Positions 51,284 through 63,302 of a DNA stretch of 64,000 bases are shown here, piece by piece. The stretch spans positions 5,022,001 through 5,086,000 of the forward strand of contig OX597818.1 of NCBI GenBank assembly GCA_951406725.2, given 5' to 3'. Both the position numbers and the translations under genes were made by a program. The number at the start of each line of letters is the position of its first letter. Position 1 is the first letter of the stretch. Origin of the DNA: Octopus vulgaris (lineage: Eukaryota). Under the pieces are notes generated by a model that saw only the letters and a list, made by a program, of their open reading frames with translations, searched no databases and had not been told where the DNA came from.

Positions 51284-51949
51284 ATTAAAATCAAGTAGGA
51301 TAGATGTTTGACTCAAATCAGCCGAAATCAAAGATACCCGCGTTCCTTTGATTTAAGTTTGTGTTTGAGATCCAATCACAGAGCATGTTTTAATTTAACA
51401 AAAATGTAGGGTTTGAAAGAATAAAGTGATAAAAATAGAGTGATAAAAAAAAAGGTTTTGATATAACACAATTTGATTATTAACATTGCGATACATTTTT
51501 CTTACCGTTAATCTTAGTTCTCAGCAGCAATGTGGGATTTTTTTCAAAGTTCAACATGGAATATAAATAACAGAAATCAGTTAGAAATAGCAGTTGAATT
51601 TAATCTATGTTAAGATGTAGGTTAAACTATTTGGAGAAATCACATTGCACTGCCACTTGCATATGTTTATAATTTTTTTTTTGCTGAATTGTATTTGTTT
51701 CATTTACAAACAATATCATAATATCTCTCTTGTGAAATCTGGTAATCTTTTTCTCACATTCATTTAATCATGAAAGTAACTAAATAGTCATATGTATTGA
51801 AATAAACTTAATATCTGAGCTCAAAAGTTTAATTTCACTAACACATACACATACAAACACGCACATAAATATGTGTGTGCATAAGGGTGTGTGTGTATGT
51901 GTGTGTGCACCATACATATACGTATGTGTGTGGATATATATATATATAC

Positions 51950-52615
51950 AATTCAGGGTGAATACTTGAAAACTGTAAGCACCTGTATATGCCAGTTAGT
52001 GGTGTAGGTGATAGAAAAACAGGATGCAAGGGATTTAGCGGTACATATGTTTCTGGCTTTATTGGACAGTTTATATCAATGCATAATTGATGTAACATGT
52101 ATGTCAATAGCCTTCTTCAGCCGCGCACAAATATCACACCAAAGACATGTATTACATTATAGCAGGTTTGAGAAGTTTGGGAAAAAAACGAGTTTCGTTG
52201 GGGATGCAAATCCTCATAGTCGTATATAGCAAAGCGAGACACCAAAACAAAACGTCCATACCGTTTTTCACTCGATATAGAATGAGGAGGTTGGATGTTA
52301 AGATAAAGAGGGAAGGAGTGGAAGGGGGTGAATCTTTAATGAGTTTGGGATCACAAAGAGGAAAAAGTATATGTATAAATCTAAACATGATTATACGGGA
52401 TAATAGTAAGTGCAAAATGTAATAAAAGTGTAAAAATGTAAAAAAAGTAAAAATGCAAAGAAAGAGTAAAAATGTAAAAAAATAAGTATATAAATATATA
52501 AAGATACATAGGGTGTCGTATGCCTGGTCTAAAGATCTAGAGCTGTATTGTGACAGTGTAGACGTGAAAAATAACATGGAAATATAAATAAATATATATA
52601 TATATTTATTGCACA
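51950..52615 (-). mobile_element. Penelope-like 3' region
   Basis: NETRFFPKLLKPA resembles the GIY-YIG terminal E..FI..LKP.LN motif and lies directly upstream of an HHR. Confidence 0.6.
52038..52124 (-). ncRNA. Type-I hammerhead ribozyme, intact core, long stem II
   Basis: gcgg-CTGAAGA-a-ggct-att-gaca..atcaat-tatgc-attgat..tgtc-c-aat-aa-agcc-a-GAAAC-atat-GTA-ccgc; perfect palindromic stem III acatatgt. Confidence 0.85.
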
Positions 52616-52668
<53 letters not shown>

Positions 52669-52770
52669 TTAGTACTGGTGTCATTTCGTTCGTCTAAAAT
52701 TCCTTAAGGCGGTGCCCCAGCGTGATCGCAGTGCAATTTCAGAATGACTGAAGCAAGAAGAATAAATGAT

Positions 52771-52851
<81 letters not shown>

Positions 52852-52856
<5 letters not shown>

Positions 52857-53056
52857 ATCCAAACATGAAAACACAAAGGGAAAACACAACAACGCGAGGA
52901 CGTAGAACAAGTATAGTGTTATTGGACGCTCAGGAAATGAAAGAAAGAAGGAAGATATAACGTTTCGAGCAGAGCTCTTCGTCAGAAACATAGAAAAGGG
53001 AAAGGTACAAATAAGGGAAGACGGAGGAAGAATATCGCCAACGATACACACGCGGT

Positions 53057-53057
<1 letters not shown>
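52852..53057 (-). mobile_element. PLE solo pLTR
   Basis: Bounded by (TA)n and (CA)n; related to the 49820 and 57895 heads; carries an HHR. Confidence 0.7.
52955..52990 (-). ncRNA. Minimal hammerhead, canonical Penelope-type core
   Basis: tgttt-CTGACGA-a-gagc-tct-gctc-GAAAC-GTT-atat; stem I weakened. Confidence 0.75.
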
Positions 53058-53121
<64 letters not shown>

Positions 53122-53305
53122 TTTCAAAAATAAACTATTAGCGGTTTGAGTTTGGCTGCTCTTTCTAGTGAGTCGAATGTCCTATTATGGCCATTCCTTA
53201 TATTTTTTAATGTATATTATATAGTCTTTGACTATCTTTTCTTTCTCACTGGACCGCTGGTAGCGGAGAATTTTTTCTAGAATTTTTTGCTACCCTTATA
53301 TTTAT

Positions 53306-53402
<97 letters not shown>

Positions 53403-53403
53403 C

Positions 53404-53434
<31 letters not shown>

Positions 53435-53588
53435 TGTGTGTCTATCTATCTAGAATTTGTATATTAAAAAAAGGAGGCAGTCAGAAATTTGGATAATTAT
53501 TTAGCACTTTCGTCTATTAGTGGGGGCGCTTCAGAATAAATTTTCTGAAAAAATTCGTAGCCTTTTAAAAAGATCGTAAAGAATACAT

Positions 53589-54030
53589 ATGCAAAAGGTG
53601 TCTTCCAGATGGATTCCCAGGTTGCTCACATCTTTCCAGAAGCAAGAACGCGTCGATTGCTCGAGGATGAATTTGGAGATGTGCCAAGAAGATGAGTCAA
53701 AATTTTTCAAAAGACTGATTACACAGGATGAAACCTGGGTCCATCACTATGATCCAGAGACCAAAGCCCAGTCAATGCAGTGGAAACACCGTGACTTCCC
53801 TCCTCCAAAGAAGGCAAGGGTGCAGCCCTCCGCTGGCAAGGTCATGCTCACAGTCTTCTGGGACCAGGATGGAGTAGTGATGACAGATTTCCTGGCAAAT
53901 GGTGCCACAATTACAGGAGCCTATTATGCTTCACTTTTGAGGAAATTAAGAGAAGCTATCAAAATCAAGAGGCGGGGCAAGATCACCAAAGGCATCCTCC
54001 TCCTGCAGGACAACGCTCTGGTCCACAACT
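53589..54030 (+). pseudogene. mariner transposase catalytic-domain fragment (open frame), truncated by a SINE
   Basis: WIPRLL, ITQDETWVHHY, KVMLTVFWD and LLQDNA motifs with no stop over ~147 codons. Confidence 0.9.
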
Positions 54031-54362
54031 CGGGTAAGTGTCTTCTGCTATAGCCCCGGGCCGACCAATGCCTTGTGAGTGGATTTGGTAGAAGGAAACT
54101 GAAAGAAGCCTGTCGTATATATGTATATATATATAAGTGTGTGTGTATATGTTTGTGTGTCTGTGTTTGTCCCCCTAGCATTACTTGACAACCGATGCTG
54201 GTGTGTTTACGTCCCCGTCACTTAGCGGTTCGGCAAAAAAAGAGACCGATAGAATAAGTACTGGGCTTACAAAGAATAAGTCCCGTGTCGATTTTCTCGA
54301 CTAAAGGCGGTGCTCCAGCATGGCTGCAGTCAAATGACTGAAACAAGTAAAAGAGTAAAAGT
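54031..54362 (+). mobile_element. 5'-truncated SINE
   Basis: Reverse complement of the 37255-37530 family. Confidence 0.88.
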
Positions 54363-54640
54363 GTAAAGAGTACTAATAATAATAATAATAATAATAAGAA
54401 GAAGAAGGTGTAAACACATGAACAAAATAAAAATAAACAAAAACAAAAGCAAATTACACGAACTATATAAACAGGAGATACAAATATTACAGGCACTTCC
54501 CACCACACACATTAACTAAACATAAACACACATAGATGTATACGCATGCACAAATGAAGACACATACAGTAGGAATACAAAATACAAAATGGCTGACCGT
54601 TAGTAATGAAAAACACACAAATAAGGAAGAAGAAAGCAAA

Positions 54641-54685
54641 GGACCACTGATGAGGTCACTGGAGGGTGACGAAAGAACACTGGCC
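54641..54685 (+). ncRNA. Type-I hammerhead motif in a PLE-type pLTR (NUH altered)
   Basis: ggacca-CTGATGA-g-gtcac-tggagg-gtgac-GAAA-gaa-CAC-tggcc. Confidence 0.7.
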
Positions 54686-55302
54686 GAAATAAGATTAAGA
54701 TTAATGTAAAAAAATAAATAACGCTGAAGCAAAGTAACACCAAATATATGGTGCGTGTGTTTTTATTGGCTAAACTGGCAAAATAACCTAAAATAACCTA
54801 AATACAACAATATATATATATATATAATTAAGACATTAGCTCTTATTTCCAACGCTTCGTGCAAATTTGTAATTCATAGCCAAATAATTCTGTTTGCCCT
54901 CCGGACCACCTATGTTACTGCTGTTGATACCATAATTTTAAACTTGATGTGTGTGAGAGACTGTGCGTGTGTGAGAGAGTGTGTGCGTGCGTGTGTGTAC
55001 ACATTATGTATAGGCCATCACCAACGAGTGAAAAATACGTAAACATACGAGAGAAACGTACTGGACATCAAGTTTAAAATTGACAGAAAAAATGAAGGTG
55101 GAATACTTGCTCAGAGTGAGACTGATCCAATAATACCATGATTCGGGCAGGTATAATTGGAGTTATTATCGGTGGCCCTTGAAAAGTGTCTGACGGTGTT
55201 AAAATGACCGCGGATGTTTACATAGCCTTTCTGAGGGACCACCTTAAAATTTGGTTAAAAAAGCAAAAGGATCGCCTTCAAGACAACCATAATATTGATG
55301 CA

Positions 55303-55344
<42 letters not shown>

Positions 55345-55345
<1 letters not shown>

Positions 55346-56025
55346 GTTGAAAATATGCGGAAGAGAAATTCCTTCGTTTCATATAGTTTAATATCTTTTT
55401 ATAAATATATACATATTATATAGATGTCGTGAAATCCAACCGGTTTTCGCTATTTAAATTAGCTTTTCATGGGACATTGTACAGTAGTCAGTTCTCGTGA
55501 CAGACGGGTTTCCTCATTTTGGATGTTTGAAGAATAAAAAGAATGCGTCGGGAGAGTGGTTTGTACTTTTGTATGAACAGGCTTTCATTGTTTAGGCGTT
55601 CTTGTACAGAGATTGAATTTTGCATTGATATAATGGAAAGATATGAAAATTCGGCGTTTTATTACTTGCGCATCTCTCGATATGTCTGTATCTGCCTGTA
55701 TTGAGGGAAACGAGTCTGTTCTTTGTGCAGCGTGACTCTGCGTCTCAAAGTAAGGCTCGCTTGGCCCACATAATTGTGACCACAACCTGAGCAGTTTAGG
55801 ACATAGATAAGGTTCTGGGAAGAACATGTGAAGTTGTCCTTGCTGGAATGTAGCCTTCAGTTAGGTATGGGTGTGTACCACAACTAGGTTGTCTGCATTT
55901 TTTAACTGTTGTTATCGATTGTATTGAGTATAGTTTTGCATTTGTTAGGAGTCTCTTGAGTAATTTCTCTTGTCTTTTGCATTTTAGTAGTTTGTGTGTA
56001 TTTAGGATGCTGTTCATTTTCGGGT

Positions 56026-56030
<5 letters not shown>
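55345..56030 (-). mobile_element. Penelope-like element: Cys linker + GIY-YIG endonuclease relic + pLTR
   Basis: VKKCRQPSCGT..FTCSSQNLIYVLNCSGCGHNYVGQASLTLRRRVTLH..RLNNESLFIQKYKP; decayed HHR at 55434-55475 (gcta/tagc, GAAA, palindromic aaccggtt). Confidence 0.85.
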
Positions 56031-56087
<57 letters not shown>

Positions 56088-56088
<1 letters not shown>

Positions 56089-56539
56089 GAGCAAAAGGCT
56101 CCCCCACTGTCCAATGGACGGTGCTGAGTTGTCAAACATTTAAACCAAATTTTCTCAAAACAAATTGTCCGACCGTCCCATAGGCCTCCCCTTTGAGAAA
56201 CACCTAAATTTGAGGCACCAGTAAAAGAAGAAATAAATATAGACTTTTCTATTCCAAAGAAAAACGATTTTATTCACACAAATATGCAACCGAAAAGTGT
56301 AGAGTACCAGTAACTACATTACAACAGCTGATATACTTGCGCGTACAAATGCACGTTTCCACGGCTTTATCGATCGCATTCTCACCTGAAATCGATTTTT
56401 TGTAATTTTTTCAAGACTTATACACGCTCTGATACCGTCGGTATCTACATATCAAATTTGAGCGCAATCGGTTGGAGGATGCCCGAGATCCTAGAAGACA
56501 CACACACACAGACAGACAGAACGGATTTTATATAATAGA
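56088..56539 (-). mobile_element. Non-autonomous Helitron, same family as 1382-1929
   Basis: 5' TCTATTATATAAAATCCG; 3' CCGTCCATTGGACAG hairpin and CTCG end; different internal segment. Confidence 0.78.
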
Positions 56540-56680
56540 TATGAATCTATGTATGTATATATATATAAATGTAAGATCTAGGGATCGAGGTGTAGGAAGA
56601 AAGTTGGTTTGAAGGAATTCGTAGTGAATATTTAATTCTTGCTCCTTATCTCCCATCCAACTATCTATACAACTTCTGGA

Positions 56681-56720
<40 letters not shown>

Positions 56721-57044
56721 GTTTCATTCAAATGTAATTTTTCTGTTATTTGCTACGCTACTCTACCAGAATAATTTCAAATAAATAATGTCTTATGTGT
56801 TTCTTCTATATCTACAGTTTCTCTTAGTTGTACAAGTTTTTTAATGGTCAATAGATAATACCAAACTTTTTCCAATCTCCTGTTTTGATACGTACTTACG
56901 CTACAAAATAAAAGTATTTTCCTAAATTTTCAACTCCTATGCATACCTCATACAAATATAGTATCTGCAGGCGTCTTTGGATTAATGGAATAAGCAGTGG
57001 TGCTTCAAGAGGACACAACTCGAACGCTATCTACATAATGCATA

Positions 57045-57106
<62 letters not shown>

Positions 57107-57209
57107 CGGTAAGATAACAAAAGATAACAAAAGAAAGAAAGAGACCTTAATATTATGTAAATAGAGGAAATTTATCTATACAATAATATGTTACATTGCT
57201 CAATAGTCA

Positions 57210-57269
57210 AGATAAAACTCTGAGTTTCAAATGCCGAAGTGGGAATCCACGACATCTCTTCGGTTATCT
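57210..57269 (-). ncRNA. Hammerhead motif in the left inverted arm (CCGAAGA core)
   Basis: agataa-CCGAAGA-gatgtcg..cggcattt-GAAAC-tcaga-GTT-ttatct. Confidence 0.65.
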
Positions 57270-57351
57270 GGTTATTTGAAAACGCTATGAAAAAATACCG
57301 TTATACAAAGGGAAATTACTGTGTTATAACTCTGCTTGCCTGCGTACTTAT

Positions 57352-57557
57352 ACATACATTGGAAGATTTTGGCCAGATGTAAGCCCTATACCAATGGCAG
57401 CGGAAGGTGCGGTCTATGCGACATGGAGAGATGGCTTATCTGGAAAAGCAGCTTAGACCCTACTACATGTCTAAACACAAGGACAGAACTTTTTGGATCA
57501 TGCCCACATGTGACTAAATTTCTGTTACGTTTTTGGTCCCCTAAAGAAAACAGATAG
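57352..57557 (+). pseudogene. PLE GIY-YIG C-terminal fragment
   Basis: IHWKILARCKPYTNGSGRCGLCDMERWLI..CLNTRTELFGSCPHVTKFLL (CxxC..E..I..LN.R.EL..C.H pattern). Confidence 0.8.
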
Positions 57558-57752
57558 AACATGCTTTCTATGTTATGTCCCAAGAAGATTTTATATATAT
57601 TTTTATATATTTTTTATATATTTTTTATGTATTTTTATATAATTTTTATGGCGAAAAATGCGAGCGATGAATAAGTATGCAGGCAAGCAGAGTTATAACA
57701 CAGTAATTTCCCTTTGTATAACGGTATTTTTTCATAGCGTTTTCAAATAGCC

Positions 57753-57812
57753 AGATAACCGAAGAGATGTCGTGGATACCCACTTCGGCATCTGAAACTC
57801 AGAGTGTTATCT
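57753..57812 (+). ncRNA. Hammerhead motif in the right arm (CCGAAGA core, GUG site)
   Basis: agataa-CCGAAGA-gatgtcg..cggcatc-t-GAAAC-tcaga-GTG-ttatct. Confidence 0.6.
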
Positions 57813-57837
57813 TGACTATTGAATAATGTAACATATT

Positions 57838-57894
<57 letters not shown>

Positions 57895-57899
<5 letters not shown>

Positions 57900-58760
57900 C
57901 AGGAAGATTTACGAAAATAAACAAAAGACGAAGGCAGATGGAGTACAAACAAACAATTGCAATATTATGGCGCTCAAGAATAGAAATAAAACAAGTCTTT
58001 TTCGTTTCGAGCCTACGCTCTTCGACAGAAAGATACAGAAAAGAAACAAGGAGAGAAGCAAGGAGAGAAAAAATGCGTGTAGGAGCTAACGGTCCATCAT
58101 GGCGTTCTGATTTCAGGCAGAAGTCAGAGGTCAGAGGTCAGACGTCAGAGATCAGACGTTAGACGCTAGGGGGATAACGGGGCCAAGTGGCTTCGCCCCA
58201 ACCTGAAGGTGCGTGTGCGTATAAAAGAGTATGTATGTGCGTGTGAAAGAGGGCTGGTGGTCTGGACGTGTGTATGTATGTATGTGTGGGTGTGGATATA
58301 TGGGGATGGGTGTGTGGGTGGTGTGTTGTGATATGATATGTGTATGTATGCGTAGGTGTAAAGATGTGGGGATGGGTGTGTAGGCGGTGTGCTGTGGGTG
58401 GTGTGTTGTGATGTGATGTGTAATGTGAGCGGTGTGCTGTGGGTGGTGTGTTGTGATATGATGTGTAATGTCGTATGGTGTAGTGTAGTGTGGTGTGATG
58501 TTGTGGGAAGGTGGGGGGACGACAGTGGGGAAAGCCCATGTGGGGTGTGGGTTCGGCTGGGGTTTGGGGTAGAGTGGGGATTGTGGGGAGAGTGAGAGGG
58601 GGAGAGAAGAGAGAGGAGGGGAGGAGGGGAGGGGAGAGAGGAGGAGGAAGTGGGAGAGGAGGAGAAGGAGAGGGATATATATATATATATGGGATTACAC
58701 GCACATACACATGCACACATGCGCGCGCGCATACACACCTACATGTAAGGCACATATTTA
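57895..58760 (-). mobile_element. PLE-derived element: pLTR with variant HHR plus G/T-rich low-complexity body
   Basis: 57996-58033 (-): tcttt-CTGTCGA-a-gagc-gtag-gctc-GAAAC-GAA-aaaga; same layout as 33335-34320. Confidence 0.6.
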
Positions 58761-61214
58761 CAGTTCATTTCTTATACGTACGACTAAACAAAACTTGTTC
58801 AGTATGTAACATTTCAATATCGTATAATAATTCTGCTTGTCATTCCGTTACTTAGCCAGTCAGTAACGCTCTAACGTGATTGGTTGAAGGGAATGAGAGA
58901 AGAAAGTATATGGAGAGAGAAAAAGAGCATAAGGCGAAGAGAGAGAGAGACAGAAAGAGGGAAAAAGAAAGAGAGGGAGAGATAATAAGGCGGAAAGAGT
59001 AAAAGGGAGCGAAAAGCGTCCATGATGTGAGGTAGGAGGAACACAATTATTACGTGGCTGAAATAATTAGTTGAAGGGGAGATATAGAGAAAGAGAGTTA
59101 GGTGTATGATTTTAGCAGAAGGGTGATGTTCTGATGGTGAGGCTAAAGAAAGGTAGAGAGAAGGGGAGGAGACAGAGAAGGAAAAGAGAGGAGGGAGAGA
59201 ATGAGAGAGGGAGCAAGAGGTGATAATGATGTTGGTGGTGGTGATTGGATAGCGAAAAGTTTATTTTTTAAAACTTGAATTTTTTTATATCACCTATCAC
59301 TTAACGCATGCGCATAAGTGCAATTCCGCGAAATATCATGCTTATTTACGTGGCAGACATATGCAATTTAAGTTTCATATATACGGGATTTTTTCTCGTT
59401 ATGGCAAAAATGGAAATCTAAGAGTGAATATTTATTTTATGAGTGCTGTGTATTAAGTCTATAAAAATGTGCATAAAGTATATATATAAAGTGCATTAAA
59501 TAGTCATCGTATTCTTTCACTTTTTAATGAGTAGCAGATGAGCTACTATCTTTCCATTTGCATACAGACACAACACAGGCCACGATTTCAGTTTTTTCTT
59601 TTGATAAAATTTTCAGAAATAGCTCAATAGGTTTACCATTGAATCTTTGAAATATTCACGGGTCCTGTGAATATTTTAATTCAATGTGAACAAGCTTGAT
59701 ATTTAGATAATATCAATATTAATAATATGAAGCTTTTCAATATTCCTATTTAGATATACATGTTGATATAGTTTGTATATTATCAAGAAATCGATTGATA
59801 ATGCAAATGATCTGCAAATGTTTTTGTAACGGAGGTGTAAACATATCATATATTTTGTAACTCGAAATTTTAATATAATGTTATTTATTTTTGTTTAGTT
59901 AGCTCATGAGCTATTTTTAAAACTTCGTATTTACTGTTTGTTGCTCGAGAACTGTTTCAATAATTACACGGTACTGATTGATAGCTTTCAATGAAAGGTG
60001 AATCCCAGTTAATAAGTTGTCAAGGTTTTTCATACTGACCATCGTATGAGAATGAATGATAAACTCCTTAATATTGTTATCAAACTATCATCAACCGGAT
60101 CAATGGCTTATTTCTACCGACAAGTTTCCACTCTACTACGTAATCACATTGTCAATTAGTTTAACCTATCATGTGCACTCAATTTTCTCAAGAGCAAACA
60201 GAAGAACTGTATTTCCCATTAAGGCTATAATGTTCCAGTGCCAGCAATGTTCTGTCAGCCTGGGTGTACAGCATATAGTATATTATAAAATGACAATTGA
60301 TTGATTGAATGTATAATAATCCACATCATTGATGATAAAAGACACTGACTAATAACGATAAAACATGGACTGTTCTTGTCTACTAGGTTACTTGAATTCA
60401 TTATTAATTATATGTAACAGAAAACAGATTTCACTTGCATTGCCAGAGCTACACTAAATTTAATGCAAATGGTAACATATATGCATTCGTTTTATTTGAT
60501 GTCCAGGAATCTATATGAAATTCTTTCAGTTTCTGTTATCACGGAGAATAGAGTTGTAAAGCATCTAAAACCAGTGCTATACTGTAATCGCAGTATGTAA
60601 TTCTATAGATGAACAAGGGTATTTACAAGGCTAGTGCTTATCAGCGGCATTATAATGTATTATCAATGATTGACAAATCTATATTTCTTTAGACCAATAA
60701 TATCTGTATATTAGATATTATATTAAGGCACACACACACACACACACACGCACACATACACACACACACACACACATACACACATGTATACATACCTACA
60801 TACATAGAATAAATTTGCACAAAATCTTGGATGTAAACAGTTTCACGGAGAAATGGCAAAGAAACTGACGTGTATTTCTCCACATCAAATCTAATAATGG
60901 TATAGTGAAGATTTCCATCTGAGACTCCTATGTGAATAGATCCACACATTTCGGTATGTGCATCGACAGTTCAACCAACAAATTAACTCAACCCCATATT
61001 TACAAACACCGAGAATCTTTTAACTCAAATAAGCTTGTCTCGTTCTTAGCGATTGGCTTCAACTCTTTCACGATGAACTCAAAGAAAAATCATATACATA
61101 CATACATACATACATACATACATACATACATACATACATACATACATACATACATACATGCATACCTGTATACATACATGCATACACACATGCATACACA
61201 CGCGTGCGGGGGCA

Positions 61215-61352
61215 CACAGCACATAGGTGCAAAACAAAATAAAAGAAATAGTACTCGAATACCAAAGCTAGATTAATATACTATTTTATTAAAGCTGAAA
61301 AAATTTTCCCAAACCTGTTCAGAATTTCATGTGACCGTTCATCAGAGAGGTG
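61215..61352 (-). mobile_element. Short pLTR-like fragment with degenerate HHR
   Basis: ctct-CTGATGA-acgg..ctg-aac-aggttt-ggga at 61307-61350. Confidence 0.4.
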
Positions 61353-61389
61353 TGAGAATATTGAATATTCAATTGTTTGAGTATATATT

Positions 61390-61457
61390 ATAATACAATA
61401 TAATATAATATAATATAATATAATATGATATAATATAATATAATATAATATAATATA
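61390..61457. repeat. (TAATA)n pentanucleotide microsatellite
   Basis: Direct observation. Confidence 0.95.
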
Positions 61458-62329
61458 CGGTGCTCCTAGGTTTTTGCAGGCATGCTTCTAAATTCCTTAT
61501 GAGCTACCAAACGATTCCACATGGACAGCCCATTTGAACTTTACCACGTCACTTGAAATGATAGCGAAAAGATCAAAGAAATTATGCAAACTAAATTCAC
61601 GTCAGTCTCAAATTATGAGAATTGCAAAATACCATAGTTATTGATATGTCACGTGTTTTATGTAAATTGTTCACCATATAAATAGGATCTTATTCATTCA
61701 GTTTTAGTATTATTTATTTAAAAATAAATAAACGAATCATTTTATATTACAGAAATCAATTTTTTAATTACATAGTACCTCACCAGCTTACATCTTTAGA
61801 TGTAAAGCCTTGCTGGTCCTTGACGTATCTGGTTAAGACTTGTATCCAGTTCGTACAGCTGCTAAGATCAAAGTTTAGTATTTGTCTTGATCAGACTAAT
61901 ACTTGAGACTGTCCTTATTTAGGGCCATCAATATAAAGGTTGAGACTTGAACAGGGTGAAGATTTAGTAGCTTGTTCCACCAGTAAGTTTGTCTTACACT
62001 GCAGTTTCCAGTTTCACGTTACTTGAAGTATGACATCTCCAAATATTGTAACAGAAAAATTTTGTCATGATCCTGCCAATTATGATTGGGGCCTTGAGAG
62101 CGTTCTCCTCATAACTGAAAACAAGCTTTGAAAACCTTGGTTTTATTTTGCACATAGGAACAGTGTAGAAAGTATATCTACTATCTTCAGCAAGATTTAT
62201 TCGTAAAGGTTAATTTCAAGAAATGTTATTGAAGCGATCAAGACGAAATTCATGAAATGTTATTGAAAGGATTAATTTAAAAGCAGCGCCGGTTATCAAG
62301 TAATGGAAGTGAACTTGTGGACCAGACAA

Positions 62330-63030
62330 AAGGTGGAATGCAGAAACTTGACAGAAAAACTAGATAGCTATGGTGTCTGTATTCGAAAGCTGATATTTAC
62401 CGGTTGTATTGCAATTGTAATTGAAGACAGACCAGGGTAGAAGAGCCTTAATTTGTGTGGAAGAGCGCGTGCGGTTGGAAGGAAATACCTTACTCGATTG
62501 TCTACAGAACAGCAAAGGAAAGCTTGTAAATGTATTGAATAAAGAACATGTGATAAAGACTGGAAAAGGAGAAAAGTACAAGAGCGAAATTGAAAGACAA
62601 CATGTTACTTAGATTGATGAAAATTCTTTGTATGGTCAGTTTTGGAAACCCTCTGAAAATGTATGTGGGACAAAATCCTGGGCTTGGTTTTAAAAGGGAC
62701 AATTGATAAATAAATACCACCTGAAGATCATCCACTGTAAACAAATAACCTGAGAGAATATATGTATGGGTAGAAAGTGCCGGCAAAATGTACAGTATGT
62801 GGAATTTGGAATGAAATACGAATCATTGAACACATCATTGTAGAATGTCCCATGGTGACCGAACGAGAATATAAGAAATGGAGACTTAATCAAGTTGTGA
62901 AAGTTTTATATTGAAGCTTTGACAGAAATGAAGTTTTAAAGCATGGAATATATGGTATACTCATCGGATAGAAAAGCACCTCAATCGGAGTTGAATTTGC
63001 AAATTCAAACGGACAAGAAGACAGATGATA
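62330..63030 (+). mobile_element. Highly decayed R4-like LINE fragment
   Basis: LICVEERVRLE..LYGQFW..KSWAW..ECPMVTEREYKKWR. Confidence 0.6.
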
Positions 63031-63069
63031 ACATAGAAATATTACAGTAATATATATATATATATATAT

Positions 63070-63302
63070 ACTCTTGTGTCTGGGGAGAGTCATTCTCTTT
63101 TAGTGCCTTTTTCAGTAGTTCTATTGAAAAGGTTGCAAGACGCAACAAAAATTTTAGAAAAATAAAGAGGGAAATGAGTGGAAATTTTACTTGTGAGTGT
63201 GTTAAATTATAAGGCTCTAAAAGAGAATGACTGTCCCCAAACACAACAGAATATGCTTCAACGCACGAGCTCACATAAAGAATCTTGCAAACCAATTCCA
63301 AA

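Larger units (their letters stand above)
57105..57845 (+). mobile_element. 5'-truncated PLE with inverted pseudo-LTR
   Basis: ~170-bp inverted arms (57178-57350 / 57671-57844) flanking GIY-YIG C-terminal coding sequence; inserted in (TA)n. Confidence 0.88.

Noticed and set aside
57178-57844. MITE or foldback DNA transposon interpretation
   Set aside because: The arms are hammerhead-bearing pLTRs and the centre encodes a PLE endonuclease tail, also seen without inversion at 2990-3640.
58159-58855. Pro/His/Thr-rich and Gly-rich ORFs up to 198 aa
   Set aside because: Low-complexity GT/GA-rich body of a repeat element.
59300-59830. GCATGCGC and ATGCAAAT motifs as a promoter
   Set aside because: Short motifs expected by chance; no linked gene or CpG-rich context.
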